This document shows positions 27,715-40,600 of a stretch of DNA of 64,000 nt, one piece after another (within the stretch, counting starts at the first letter, position 1; each line of letters starts with the position of its first letter). The stretch is from a virus. The stretch covers positions 20,706 to 84,705 of IMG/VR virus record IMGVR_UViG_3300042549_010246. One strand, 5' to 3'. Both the position numbers and the translations under genes were made by a program. Below the pieces are notes generated by a model. It was given only the letters and a program-made list of their open reading frames with translations, did not search any database and was not told the DNA's origin.

Positions 27715-29478
27715 ATGACAAACATAGCAACCCCTTTATTTAGAGTAGAGTATGAAAAAGACGGCAACAAAATTTTTGTTTACTATCAAAATGAAAAACC
27801 AATTGATGTAAGTATATCCGTAGCAGACATCGATTCAAAACACGCGATTTATGCATTTGACTCTCATTTTAGAGATTATTCAGGCTGTTGGAATGTTCCT
27901 GTACCTGTAGCCGCTTTGAATCATTACAATCGGACAGGATACTTTAGGGGATATGAGGTTTCGATTTACACTTCGGATAGACTTACTCTGTTGGAACAAC
28001 ATACGATTTGGTATAATGAAAACGCTCCAAAATTTGATAGAGTATTATTCCCTACTGACCCTTGGAATTTGACTTGGATTAATTACACGGAAATGTTTGT
28101 TGAAGACTTCTACAACCCGCTTCAAATGAACATCAATGGAGTTTGTTTGGATATTGGCGCAAATGATGGTCTATACACAGAATATTTGCTTCGTAATGGA
28201 GCAGAACGGGTTTATGCAGTAGAATGTGACCCCCGTAGTATAAAGTTCCTTAACAAGCGTTTTAATGGCGATAAAAGGGTAGTTGTGGTTGACAAAGGAT
28301 TATGGAATGCAAACCAAAATGGTGTAAAGTTGGCTTACAAAGAGGACACGAGCACAGTTTCATCTATCAAGACTGAAGTTCATCACTTTGATGAAAACAA
28401 TTATTTTTACATTGATACTTGGGATTATGCGACTTTGAAGAGCAAAATGAATATCAGTAAAGTTGATTTTTTCAAGATTGATATTGAAGGTGCTGAATAT
28501 GAAGTTTTCGAATCAATGACCGATGATGACATTTGTGAAATTGAAGGTTTTATGGTCGAGATTCATTGGAATTCAAATGGCCGTATTTATGGTATCACTG
28601 ATAGACTTGAGAAATTAGGTTATTCAATTGAACTTCGCAGACATACGGTGGACAATGCCGTAGTAGAGAACCGTGACGAATGGAAAGATTACGACCTATG
28701 CACATTCTACGCTTCAAAAAAAAAAGAGCCACGGAAGTTTAGTTTAAGCATCCATCATTTGCAAACGAGTCTTTTTACTGATGTTGAAAGGCAAAGTCGT
28801 GACAAAATTGATTATTTAATTCATTTGTTGAAGAAAGATTCTCGTTTTAGTGAGGTCTATTGGAGTCGTCATATCAATACTCCTTGGAAGGAATTACCAA
28901 CTAAAGAGAATTGTAAAAGACCAAATGCGTTGTCGATGGAAAAATTTCCAAATGGCATAAATGAATATGGAGAAACTGCGCTGACACCCGCTCACTATGG
29001 CTGCTTTAGAGCATTTAATGATGCTATTCAGATGCATTTCAACAAGGACTATTCAGCGACGTTGATATTTGAGGGTGACGCGGATATTCGAGATGTGTAT
29101 TCGTTTATTGAATGCCTATACCTTGCCCTGTGTGAGGCAGACAAAAATGAAATAGATTTCATTTCATTTGGAGGAGCGTATCATTTGGAGACAGGCGAAT
29201 TATTAGCACATCCCGTGGAGAGAATTGATTCCTTAAATTTTGGGTGGATTTCAAAACACGTTCCATTTGCACATTCGATAATTATTCCTCAGAGATACAT
29301 CAAACAGATGATGCACGCCTTTGCAACTGAGCCTTGGGATGTTGCTGATTTATTTTTTATGAATCATTTTAATATGCATCCAAACAGGAGACAATTTGTA
29401 AGCGAAATTCAACTGAGTCATCAAATTGATGGATATTCATTAATCGATAAAAAAGTCAAAAATTACTTAATCAAATGA
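27715..29478 (+). CDS. FkbM-family methyltransferase fused to GT25-like glycosyltransferase
   Basis: LDIGANDG, KIDIEGAEY; C-term LTPAHYGCF and LIFEGDA. Confidence 0.8.
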   Translation: MTNIATPLFRVEYEKDGNKIFVYYQNEKPIDVSISVADIDSKHAIYAFDSHFRDYSGCWNVPVPVAALNHYNRTGYFRGYEVSIYTSDRLTLLEQHTIWYNENAPKFDRVLFPTDPWNLTWINYTEMFVEDFYNPLQMNINGVCLDIGANDGLYTEYLLRNGAERVYAVECDPRSIKFLNKRFNGDKRVVVVDKGLWNANQNGVKLAYKEDTSTVSSIKTEVHHFDENNYFYIDTWDYATLKSKMNISKVDFFKIDIEGAEYEVFESMTDDDICEIEGFMVEIHWNSNGRIYGITDRLEKLGYSIELRRHTVDNAVVENRDEWKDYDLCTFYASKKKEPRKFSLSIHHLQTSLFTDVERQSRDKIDYLIHLLKKDSRFSEVYWSRHINTPWKELPTKENCKRPNALSMEKFPNGINEYGETALTPAHYGCFRAFNDAIQMHFNKDYSATLIFEGDADIRDVYSFIECLYLALCEADKNEIDFISFGGAYHLETGELLAHPVERIDSLNFGWISKHVPFAHSIIIPQRYIKQMMHAFATEPWDVADLFFMNHFNMHPNRRQFVSEIQLSHQIDGYSLIDKKVKNYLIK

Positions 29479-31625
29479 GAATAGCACATATTCAACCAAG
29501 CGTAATTTCAGTCCCCCCTAACGGATGGGGGGCAATTGAAAAAATCATTTGGGAATACAAAATGGTTTTGAATCAGTTAGGACACGTCTGCGAAGTAGTC
29601 AATTTGCAGGATTTGAAGGCTGAAGAATGGGATATCATCCATTGCCATATGTTTGACCAAGCATTATGGTTGGCTGAACAAAAAGTTCCATATTTTTATT
29701 CGCACCACGACCATCATTCGATGGTTTGGGGTGAAGAAAGTGCTAATTATCAATTAAATCTAAAAGCAATGAGACTTGCTGAGATTGCCTTTGTTCACGC
29801 ACAAAGTAGTATTGAGATGTTTAAAAATATCCCTTATTATTTGAGTCACGGTGTGAATACTGAATTCTTTGATTTTATAAGGCCGAAAAATATTGATGAA
29901 CCGAATATTATTATTGTCGGGAACAATGGTTTGGCGGGAACTGAGCAAGTCTTTGACCGAAAAGGTTTCAGGTATGCAATTGAGGCCGCACGTGAATTAA
30001 AATGGACAATTACTATGGTTGGTCCCAAAGCAACCCAAGAACAGTTTCTGAAGGAAAATCCCGATTTGCAGTATGAAAAACTAAGGTTGGTTTTTGATGC
30101 GGACGAGGAGCGGTTGAAGAAAGAATTACAGAATGCTCATTTAATGATTCACGCTACGTTTGTAGAGGCAGGTCATCCACCTTTAACACCTTTGGAAGCA
30201 ATGTCTTGCGGGGTCCCTGTAATTGGTACACCAATGGGTATTGATGTGCCTCAAATAATATGTGAAAGAACTACCGAAAGCGTAGTAGAAGGAATTAAAC
30301 AATTCGTATTTCAAAGAAATTCATTAATTGCAGAAGCACGCCTAATTGCTGAAAATTACGATTGGAAAATTATTGTTGAAAATAATTTATTGAAATGGTA
30401 TTTTCAGGTCTTGGACCGAAACAATATGGCTAATACGGCCCGTAGAATTTACCATCAATCGACCATAAATAAAGTGCAAGACACTATGATGTTCAAGTAC
30501 TTAGATGGTGCGAGAGTGGATTTGGTTGGTAGTAGCGATAAAACGTATAAGGCCGAACTTTCGGTTCGGGATGAGCACTTAGGAATTATTTTCAGTGCAG
30601 ATTTAAAATGCGGTATGTATGCTCAGGGTGCAATGAAATATCATAGATATTGGGAATGGAAAATTACGGATGAAAAAGGGAACGAATTTTTACATCCATA
30701 TGATGCGACGGACAAACGTGTTTATGTGGCGATTGAAAGTTCAAGTTTAGGAGACTCTTTGGCTTGGGTCCCAATAGTTGATGAGTTTAGAAAGGTGCAC
30801 AATTGCAAAATGATTATCAGCACTTTTTGGAACGATATGTTCAGGGATGCATACCCTGAAATGGAATTTATCAGGGCGGGAACACCCGTTAATAATATTT
30901 ATGCAATGTACAGGATTGGTTGGTATTACGAGAACGACGGTTTAGAGGTACATTATGGACATCACTCACGCGATTTCCGCAAATTTTCTTTGCAAGGTAC
31001 AGCCTGTGATATTTTAGGTCTTCCTGACATCGAAATAAAACCAAAATTAAAGGAAATTGAAGGGCAAAAAAATGATAAAAAATATGTAGTTATTGCACCT
31101 CACGCTTCGAGCCATTGTAAATATTGGCACAACGAAGAAGGATGGTCTAAAGTTGTCGAATTTTTAAACGAGTTAGGTTATGAGGTTTGGAACATCTCAA
31201 AGGAGTCTGCATCAAGCGATTGGGAGAATTCTAAGTTGCCAAAAAATGCATTAAAAAACGTAATTGATAAGACGGGAGACATACATATAGACGAAAGGAT
31301 TTCTCAAATAAAATCCTCATCTTTGTTTATTGGATTAGGAAGCGGACTTTCTTGGTTGGCTTGGGCCTGTGATACACCTGTTGTTCTGATAAGTGGTTTC
31401 TCACGGCCTATAAGCGAATTTAGTGATTGCACCCGCGTTTTTAATCAAAATGTGTGTAATGGATGCTTTAACGATTACAGGCTTGACGCGGGTAATTGGA
31501 ATTGGTGCCCTAAATATGAAAATACTGACAAAATGTATGAATGCAGTAAGTCAATTACACCTGAACAGGTAATTGACGCAATTAGGAAAACACTAAACAA
31601 GCACCAAACAGCACCCGATGGCTAA
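29475..31625 (+). CDS. GT4-like glycosyltransferase fused to TibC/AAH-like (autotransporter O-heptosyltransferase family) domain
   Basis: N: PPNGWGAIEK, EAGHPPLTPLEAMSCGVPVI; C: SLGDSLAW, FIGLGSGLSWLAWA, VVLISGFS, CNGC...WCP...ECSKSIT. Confidence 0.8.
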   Translation: MRIAHIQPSVISVPPNGWGAIEKIIWEYKMVLNQLGHVCEVVNLQDLKAEEWDIIHCHMFDQALWLAEQKVPYFYSHHDHHSMVWGEESANYQLNLKAMRLAEIAFVHAQSSIEMFKNIPYYLSHGVNTEFFDFIRPKNIDEPNIIIVGNNGLAGTEQVFDRKGFRYAIEAARELKWTITMVGPKATQEQFLKENPDLQYEKLRLVFDADEERLKKELQNAHLMIHATFVEAGHPPLTPLEAMSCGVPVIGTPMGIDVPQIICERTTESVVEGIKQFVFQRNSLIAEARLIAENYDWKIIVENNLLKWYFQVLDRNNMANTARRIYHQSTINKVQDTMMFKYLDGARVDLVGSSDKTYKAELSVRDEHLGIIFSADLKCGMYAQGAMKYHRYWEWKITDEKGNEFLHPYDATDKRVYVAIESSSLGDSLAWVPIVDEFRKVHNCKMIISTFWNDMFRDAYPEMEFIRAGTPVNNIYAMYRIGWYYENDGLEVHYGHHSRDFRKFSLQGTACDILGLPDIEIKPKLKEIEGQKNDKKYVVIAPHASSHCKYWHNEEGWSKVVEFLNELGYEVWNISKESASSDWENSKLPKNALKNVIDKTGDIHIDERISQIKSSSLFIGLGSGLSWLAWACDTPVVLISGFSRPISEFSDCTRVFNQNVCNGCFNDYRLDAGNWNWCPKYENTDKMYECSKSITPEQVIDAIRKTLNKHQTAPDG

Positions 31626-34600
31626 AAACATTTTAATAACACCCTATAGGAATTCCACGAATCCTTTAGAGTTGCCGAAAATAGACTTTATTAATGGCTC
31701 GACTGCCATTACACTTCAAGTTGAAGAAACCTCACAGTCGTTAACTTTTGTTGGTTCTGCAGGCACACTGTTGCAAATCAATAATGATTTAACAGGCACG
31801 ACAATATCAACCAAAAACATTGCAATTACAGGTGTAATTAAAAACACAGGTATAACCTCGAATTCGGGGCTCAATGATTTTGTGGTAGTTGATATTGCTA
31901 CGGGTCAGTTTTATTACCGTAGTGCACCAACGGGCACTTCAGGTAGTTCAGGTCAAAGTGGAACAAGCGGAACCTCGGGAGCAAACGGCTCTTCGGGCAC
32001 CTCGGGAGCAAGCGGTTCAAGTGGTACTTCAGGAGCAAATGGCTCATCAGGTACTTCGGGAGCAAACGGCTCAAGTGGTACTTCAGGAGTGAACGGTACA
32101 TCGGGAACATCGGCATCAAGTGGTACATCAGGAGCAAATGGCTCTTCGGGTACTTCAGGTGATTCAGGTAGTTCAGGTACGTCAGGAGCAAATGGCTCAT
32201 CAGGCACTTCGGGAGCAAACGGTTCATCGGGAACATCGGGCGCAAACGGCTCAAGTGGAACATCGGGTAACTCGGGTTCATCGGGAACATCGGGTGCAAA
32301 TGGTTCATCAGGTACGTCAGGTGAAAGTGGTTCTTCAGGTACTTCAGGGTCGAATGGTTCATCAGGAACTTCGGGTTCAAGCGGAACTTCAGGGAACTCA
32401 GGCTCTTCAGGTACGTCGGGTGACTCAGGTTCTTCGGGTACTTCAGGTGCTAACGGCACTTCAGGAACTTCGGGTGAAAGTGGCTCAAGTGGAACATCGG
32501 GTAATTCAGGTTCGTCAGGAACATCGGGTAACTCAGGTTCATCAGGCACATCAGGAGCAAACGGTTCTTCGGGAACATCAGGTGCAAGTGGTGCAGAAAT
32601 TACAGATGGTTGGGATTGGGGAACTCCTGTTAACAGTACGAAAATGTATTCAAGTAATGGAAACTTGGATTCATCAACTGTATTATTAAATATTTCGGAA
32701 ACCTCTTTATCATTGACCGATTATGCAAGTCAATTTGCATTGATGGGAGTTGGGTCTCGAATCACTACAAGAGGGGGCCTTTTTGCGGCAAATGTTACAA
32801 ATTGGGAAGTTACCTCAGTTACAGATGCGGGAACGTATTACGAATTCGGAGTTGTATATCTTTCAGGTACACAATGGACTCCAACTTCAGGAGATGATAT
32901 TTTATGTGATTTTGCAATTGCAGGTAAATCGGGTTCAAGTGGAACAGCGGGTACCTCAGGGCAAAATGGCTCTTCGGGTACTTCAGGAGCGAATGGTACA
33001 TCAGGTACTGCAGGAACAACGGGTTCATCAGGTACTTCAGGTGCAGGTGTAGCAAACTATTATGCTCAATATAGCAGTAGCCAATCACAACCATTATTGG
33101 CTGTAAATACACCTCAGGTAGTTACTTATGACACGGTTGAAATTGAAAATGGTATTTCGTTTTCAGGTGGACAAATCACTGTTCAATACTCGGGTATTTA
33201 CGAATTTACTTTTTCTCCTCAAGTAGAAAAAACGCAAGGTGGTACAGCAGTAAACGTCGACTTTTTTATAAGGAAAAATGGCTTTGATGTTATTCGAACG
33301 GATTCAATACTCGGATTAGTATCTAATAGTTCGACACAACTTCCGTTTGTTGCATTGACGTTGGAATTATTGCAAAATGATTTTATTGAATTATTATTTG
33401 CATCAACCACCACCTTTGTACAGTTAACTGCGGTTGGCGCAAAGACAACACCATTTATTGCGCCCGCAGCACCATCAATTATTGTTTCATTGAAAAATAT
33501 TGGTGTAGCCGCAGTTGCATATACATCAACATCAGGTACTTCGGGTCAAAGTGGTACTGCGGGAGTTTCGGGGTCTTCAGGAACATCAGGTTCTACAGGT
33601 TCAAGCGGAACGTCAGGAGAAAGCGGCACAAGTGGTACATCAGGTTCTACAGGTTCAAGTGGTACATCGGGAGAAAATGGTTCAAGTGGAACTTCGGGTT
33701 CTACAGGTTCAAGCGGTACATCGGGAGAATCAGGTTCAAGCGGAACTTCAGGAGAAAACGGTTCAAGCGGAACTTCGGGTTCTGCAGGTTCAAGTGGAAC
33801 ATCAGGTTCTACAGGTTCAAGCGGAACTTCAGGAGAAAGCGGCTCAAGCGGTACATCAGGGTCTTCAGGAACATCGGCATCAAGTGGCACATCAGGTTCT
33901 ACAGGTTCGAGCGGTACATCGGGTTCTGCAGGTTCAAGTGGAACTTCAGGTTCTACAGGTTCATCAGGAACTTCAGGAGAAAGCGGCTCAAGTGGAACTT
34001 CAGGTTCTACAGGTTCATCAGGAACTTCAGGAGAAAGCGGCTCAAGCGGTACATCAGGTGAAAGTGGTTCAAGCGGTACATCAGGTGATAGCGGTTCAAG
34101 CGGAACTTCAGGAGAAAGCGGTTCAAGCGGAACTTCAGGAGAAAGCGGTTCAAGTGGAACTTCAGGAGAATCAGGTTCAAGTGGAACTTCAGGTACATCG
34201 GCATCGAGTGGAACGTCAGGTTCTACAGGTAGTTCGGGCACTTCGGGAGAAAATGGTTCAAGTGGAACGTCAGGTTCTACAGGGACTTCGGGTTCTTCAG
34301 GAAGTTCAGGTACTTCAGGAGAAAATGGCTCATCAGGTACAAGCGGTGAATCAGGAACCTCGGGAACTTCAGGTTCGAGCGGTAGTACGGGTACATCAGG
34401 TTCTGCGGGCACAAGTGGCAGCACAGGAACCTCAGGTTCTACAGGTTCATCAGGAACAAGCGGTTCTTCAGGTACTTCGGGCGAAAATGGCTCAAGCGGT
34501 ACTTCAGGTTCAGCGGGCTCAAGCGGCACTTCGGGCGAAAATGGCTCAAGTGGTACGTCAGGTTCATCAGGGACTTCGGGTTCTACAGGGACAAGCGGTG

Positions 34601-37600
34601 AATCAGGAACGTCGGGAACTGCGGGTTCAAGCGGTAGTACAGGTACATCAGGTTCTGCGGGCACAAGTGGTAGCACAGGTACTTCGGGTTCTGCGGGTTC
34701 AAGCGGAACAAGCGGCTCTTCAGGCACTTCGGGCGAAAATGGCTCAAGCGGTACTTCAGGTTCAACGGGCTCAAGCGGAACAAGCGGTAGCACAGGAACT
34801 TCAGGTTCTACGGGTACAAGTGGTTCAAGCGGTAGCACAGGCTCAAGTGGGTCTTCGGGCGAATCAGGAACTTCAGGTTCTACGGGCACTTCGGGTTCTA
34901 CAGGTTCTTCAGGAACAAGTGGTGAATCAGGAACATCAGGCACTACGGGTTCAAGCGGTTCGACAGGTTCTTCAGGAACGTCGGGCTCAAGTGGTACATC
35001 GGCATCAAGTGGAACGAGCGGCTCATCAGGTATAAATGGTTCTTCAGGAACTTCAGGAAGCACAGGTACTTCGGGTTCTGCAGGAACTTCAGGTGCAAAT
35101 GGCTCTTCAGGAACAAGCGGAAGCGCAGGTTCAAGTGGAACAAGTGGTTCTACGGGTTCTTCAGGCACTTCGGGTAGTTCAGGAACGTCCGCATCAAGCG
35201 GTTCAAGTGGTTCAAGCGGCTCTACGGGGTCAAGCGGAACTTCAGGTTCATCAGGAACTTCAGGCGCAAATGGCTCTTCAGGAACAAGCGGAAGTGCGGG
35301 TTCAAGTGGAACAAGCGGTTCAACAGGTTCTTCAGGGACATCAGGTTCAAGTGGTACATCCGCATCAAGCGGCTCAAGCGGTTCAACAGGTTCTTCAGGA
35401 ACATCAGGAAGCGCAGGCTCATCAGGAACTTCAGGCGCGAATGGTTCTTCAGGAACAAGCGGTTCATCAGCAACATCGGGTTCAGCAGGTTCAAGTGGTT
35501 CTGCGGGTACTTCAGGTAGTTCAGCAACATCAGGTTCTTCAGGGTCTTCAGGCACTTCAGGTAGTTCAGGTACCTCAGGGGCTAACGGTTCATCGGGAAC
35601 AAGTGGCTCATCAGGAACGAGTGGTTCTACAGGTTCAAGCGGCACATCGGGTGCCAATGGTTCATCGGGAACATCGGGTTCTTCAGGAACAAGCGGTTCT
35701 GCGGGTTCAAGTGGCTCTACAGGCTCATCGGGAACATCAGGCTCTTCAGGAACAAGTGGTTCTGCGGGGTCAAGTGGCTCTACGGGCTCTTCGGGAACAA
35801 GCGGCTCTTCGGGTTCAAGTGGAACATCAGGTGCAAATGGTTCGAGCGGAACTGCAGGTTCAAGTGGTACATCAGGTTCTTCAGGAACAAGCGGAAGCGC
35901 GGGTTCAAGTGGAACATCAGGTGCAAATGGCTCTTCAGGTACTGCAGGTTCGTCAGGAACAAGCGGAAGCGCAGGCTCAAGTGGTTCTGCAGGTACGTCG
36001 GGAGCAAATGGCTCTTCAGGGACTTCGGGTAGTTCAGGTTCAAGTGGCTCCACAGGTTCAAGTGGAACATCGGGAAGTTCAGGTTCTACAGGAACTTCAG
36101 GGTCTTCAGGAACATCGGCATCAAGTGGAACTTCAGGTTCTTCAGGAAGTGCAGGAACGTCAGGAGCAAATGGTTCTTCAGGAACATCAGGGTCAAGCGG
36201 TAGTTCGGGTTCAACAGGTTCGTCAGGAACATCGGGTGCAAATGGCTCATCGGGAACAAGTGGTTCTGCGGGTTCAAGTGGCTCTACAGGTTCTTCAGGA
36301 ACATCAGGGTCTTCAGGAACTTCAGGTTCTACAGGTTCAAGCGGTTCTGCAGGTACATCAGGTAGTTCGGCAACTTCAGGCTCTTCAGGTTCTTCAGGAA
36401 CAAGCGGAAGTGCAGGAACATCAGGTGCAAATGGCTCTTCAGGGACTTCGGGTTCATCAGGAACAAGCGGAAGCACGGGTTCAAGCGGTTCTGCGGGTAC
36501 ATCAGGTGCAAACGGCTCTTCGGGCACTTCAGGCTCCACAGGTTCAAGCGGAACTTCAGGTTCTGCAGGTTCAAGTGGTTCTACAGGCTCTTCAGGAACA
36601 TCGGGTTCTACAGGTTCAAGTGGTTCAACGGGCTCTTCAGGGACTTCGGGTTCATCAGGAACAAGCGGAAGCGCGGGTTCAAGCGGTTCTGCGGGCACTT
36701 CAGGTGCCAACGGCTCTTCAGGAACTTCAGGCTCTTCAGGTACAAGCGGAAACGCAGGCTCTTCAGGTACATCAGGTTCATCAGGCTCAAGTGGTTCTGC
36801 AGGGACAAGCGGTTCTACAGGTTCATCAGGAACAAGTGGCTCTGCAGGTTCAAGTGGAACATCAGGTTCAGCGGGTTCAAGTGGTTCAACAGGTTCCTCA
36901 GGTACTTCAGGCGCAAATGGCTCTTCAGGTACTTCAGGCTCTTCAGGAACTTCGGGAAGCACAGGTTCAAGTGGCTCTTCAGGGTCTACAGGCTCATCAG
37001 GAACTTCAGGTTCATCAGGAACGAGTGGTTCTACGGGTTCAAGCGGTTCTACAGGTTCTTCAGGAACAAGCGGTAGCGCAGGTTCATCGGGAACATCGGG
37101 CGCAAATGGTTCGAGCGGAACATCGGGCTCATCAGGAACTTCAGGGTCTACAGGTTCTTCAGGAACTGCAGGCTCATCAGGTACTTCAGGAACAAGAGGT
37201 TCTTCAGGTACAAGCGGAAGTACGGGTTCAAGTGGTTCTACAGGTTCTTCAGGTACTTCAGGCTCAAGCGGCACAAGTGGAAGCGCAGGCTCTTCGGGCT
37301 CTGCAGGTACTTCAGGTGCAAACGGGTCATCAGGAACGTCAGGTTCAAGCGGTACAAGTGGTAGCACGGGCTCAAGTGGTTCTTCAGGTTCTACAGGCAC
37401 TTCAGGAACGGCAGGCTCTTCAGGAACAAGTGGAAGCGCGGGTTCAAGCGGTTCAACAGGTTCTTCAGGGTCAAGCGGAACAGCAGGCTCGTCAGGAACA
37501 TCAGGAGCGAATGGGTCCTCAGGCACTTCAGGTTCAAGTGGTTCTTCAGGTTCAACAGGTTCTTCGGGAACATCAGGGTCTTCAGGAACAAGCGGAAGCG

Positions 37601-40600
37601 CAGGTTCAAGCGGTTCTACAGGTTCTTCGGGCTCAAGTGGTACTGCAGGTTCTTCAGGAACATCGGCATCAAGTGGTAGCGCAGGAACTTCAGGTTCATC
37701 AGGAACTTCGGGTGCAAACGGTTCAAGCGGAACGAGCGGAAGCGCAGGTTCATCAGGAACCTCGGGCTCTTCAGGTTCTGCAGGAACTTCAGGTATAAAT
37801 GGTTCTTCAGGAACATCGGGGTCTTCAGGGACATCGGGTTCTTCAGGTTCAAGTGGTTCAACAGGCTCAAGTGGAACAAGCGGTAGCGCGGGTTCAAGCG
37901 GTTCTACAGGTTCATCGGGCTCAAGCGGAACTGCGGGTTCATCAGGAACTTCAGGCGCAAATGGTTCTTCAGGAACGAGCGGAAGCGCAGGTTCATCAGG
38001 AACATCAGGTTCAAGCGGAACATCAGGAACTGCAGGTTCAAGCGGAACGTCGGGTACAAGAGGTTCAAGTGGAACGAGTGGCAGCACAGGTTCAAGCGGT
38101 TCTACGGGTTCTTCAGGCACCTCAGGTTCTTCAGGAACTTCAGGAGCAAACGGTTCATCAGGGACTTCAGGTTCAAGCGGAACAAGTGGTTCTGCGGGCT
38201 CTTCAGGCACTTCGGGTTCAAGCGGAACAAGCGGTAGCACAGGGTCAAGTGGGTCAACAGGTTCAAGTGGCACAAGCGGTAGCGCAGGTTCTTCAGGAAC
38301 ATCAGGTTCTGCAGGTTCCTCAGGTACTTCAGGCGCAAATGGTTCAAGCGGAACAAGCGGAAGCGCAGGTTCTTCGGGTTCTACGGGCTCATCAGGTACC
38401 TCAGGTTCAAGCGGAACAAGCGGTAGCGCAGGCTCAAGCGGTTCTACAGGTTCAAGTGGAACATCAGGCTCGGCAGGTTCAAGTGGCTCAACAGGTTCAT
38501 CAGGTTCTTCAGGAACTGCAGGCTCTTCAGGAACATCAGGAGCAAACGGCTCAAGTGGCACATCGGGCTCTTCAGGAAGCGCGGGCTCTTCGGGTTCTAC
38601 AGGAAGTTCAGGAACCTCAGGTTCAAGTGGAACGAGCGGTAGCACAGGTTCTTCGGGTTCTACGGGCTCTTCAGGCACATCAGGCTCAAGCGGAACATCC
38701 GCGTCAAGTGGTTCTTCGGGTACATCGGGTTCCGCAGGTTCTTCAGGAACTTCGGGAGCAAATGGCTCTTCAGGAACTTCGGGCTCTGCAGGAAGTGCGG
38801 GCTCAAGCGGTTCAACAGGCTCTTCAGGCACATCAGGCTCAAGCGGAACATCAGGAAGTACGGGTTCAAGTGGCTCTACGGGTTCGTCAGGAACTTCGGG
38901 TTCTTCAGCAACATCAGGCTCTGCGGGTTCTTCGGGAACAGCAGGCTCGTCAGGTTCTTCGGGAACTTCGGGCGCAAACGGCTCAAGTGGTACTTCAGGT
39001 TCTGCAGGTTCTACAGGCTCAAGTGGTACTTCGGGCTCCTCAGGAACTTCGGGCACAGCGGGTTCAAGTGGTACTTCGGGCACAGCGGGTTCAAGTGGTA
39101 CTTCAGGCACAAGGGGTTCGAGCGGTACTTCAGGAAGTACAGGCTCAAGCGGTTCTACGGGTTCATCAGGAACGAGTGGTTCTTCAGGCACCTCGGGTGC
39201 AAACGGTTCAAGCGGAACTTCGGGTTCTTCAGGTAGTGCGGGGTCAAGTGGCTCTACAGGCTCATCAGGAACTTCAGGTTCAAGCGGTACAAGTGGTAGT
39301 ACAGGTTCTTCAGGCTCTACGGGTTCTTCAGGGACATCAGGTTCATCAGCAACTTCGGGCTCTGCAGGTTCGTCAGGGACTTCAGGAAGTGCGGGTTCAT
39401 CAGGTACTTCGGGGGCAAATGGGTCGAGCGGAACAAGCGGTAGCGCAGGTTCTTCGGGTTCTACAGGTTCATCAGGAACCTCAGGTTCAAGCGGAACAAG
39501 CGGAAGTGCAGGCTCAAGCGGTTCAACGGGTTCAAGCGGAACATCAGGCTCTGCAGGTTCAAGTGGAACGAGCGGTTCTGCAGGTTCTTCAGGAAGTGCG
39601 GGCTCATCAGGTACATCAGGTGCAAATGGTTCAAGCGGAACAAGCGGAAGCGCGGGTTCTTCAGGAAGCACAGGTTCATCAGGAACATCGGGTTCTTCAG
39701 GAACAAGCGGTAGCACGGGTTCTTCGGGGTCTACAGGCTCAAGCGGAACAAGCGGTAGCGCAGGTTCTTCAGGAACATCGGCATCAAGTGGAAGTTCAGG
39801 AAGCGCAGGTACATCAGGAAGTTCAGGAACATCGGGGGCCAACGGCTCAAGCGGTACTTCAGGTTCTGCAGGTAGTGCGGGCTCAAGTGGTTCTACAGGG
39901 TCAAGTGGTACTTCGGGTTCATCAGGAACAAGTGGTAGCACGGGTTCAAGTGGTTCTACAGGCTCATCAGGAACTTCAGGTTCGAGTGGAACAAGTGGTA
40001 GTGCAGGTTCAAGCGGAACTTCAGGTTCTTCGGGAACTTCGGGCACAGCGGGGTCAAGCGGTACTTCAGGAACAAGAGGTTCGTCAGGAACTTCAGGTTC
40101 GACAGGTTCATCAGGTTCTACGGGCTCATCAGGTTCTACAGGAACTTCAGGCTCAAGCGGTTCGTCAGGAACTTCAGGAGCAAACGGTTCAAGTGGTACA
40201 AGCGGTAGTGCGGGCTCATCAGGTTCTACAGGTTCTTCAGGCACATCAGGCTCAAGCGGTACATCAGGAAGCGCGGGTTCAAGCGGCTCTACGGGGTCAT
40301 CAGGAACATCAGGTTCTTCAGCAACTTCGGGTTCTGCAGGTTCATCAGGAACTGCAGGCTCTTCAGGTTCTTCGGGAACTTCAGGTGCAAATGGCTCAAG
40401 CGGTTCAAGCGGAACAAGTGGTAGTTCAGGTTCATCAGGCTCTACAGGTTCTTCAGGAACATCAGGTTCAAGCGGAACAAGCGGAAGCGCGGGTTCTTCG
40501 GGTTCAACGGGTTCAAGCGGTACAAGCGGCTCTTCAGGAACATCGGCATCAAGCGGAAGTTCAGGAAGCGCAGGCACATCAGGTAGTTCGGGTACTTCAG

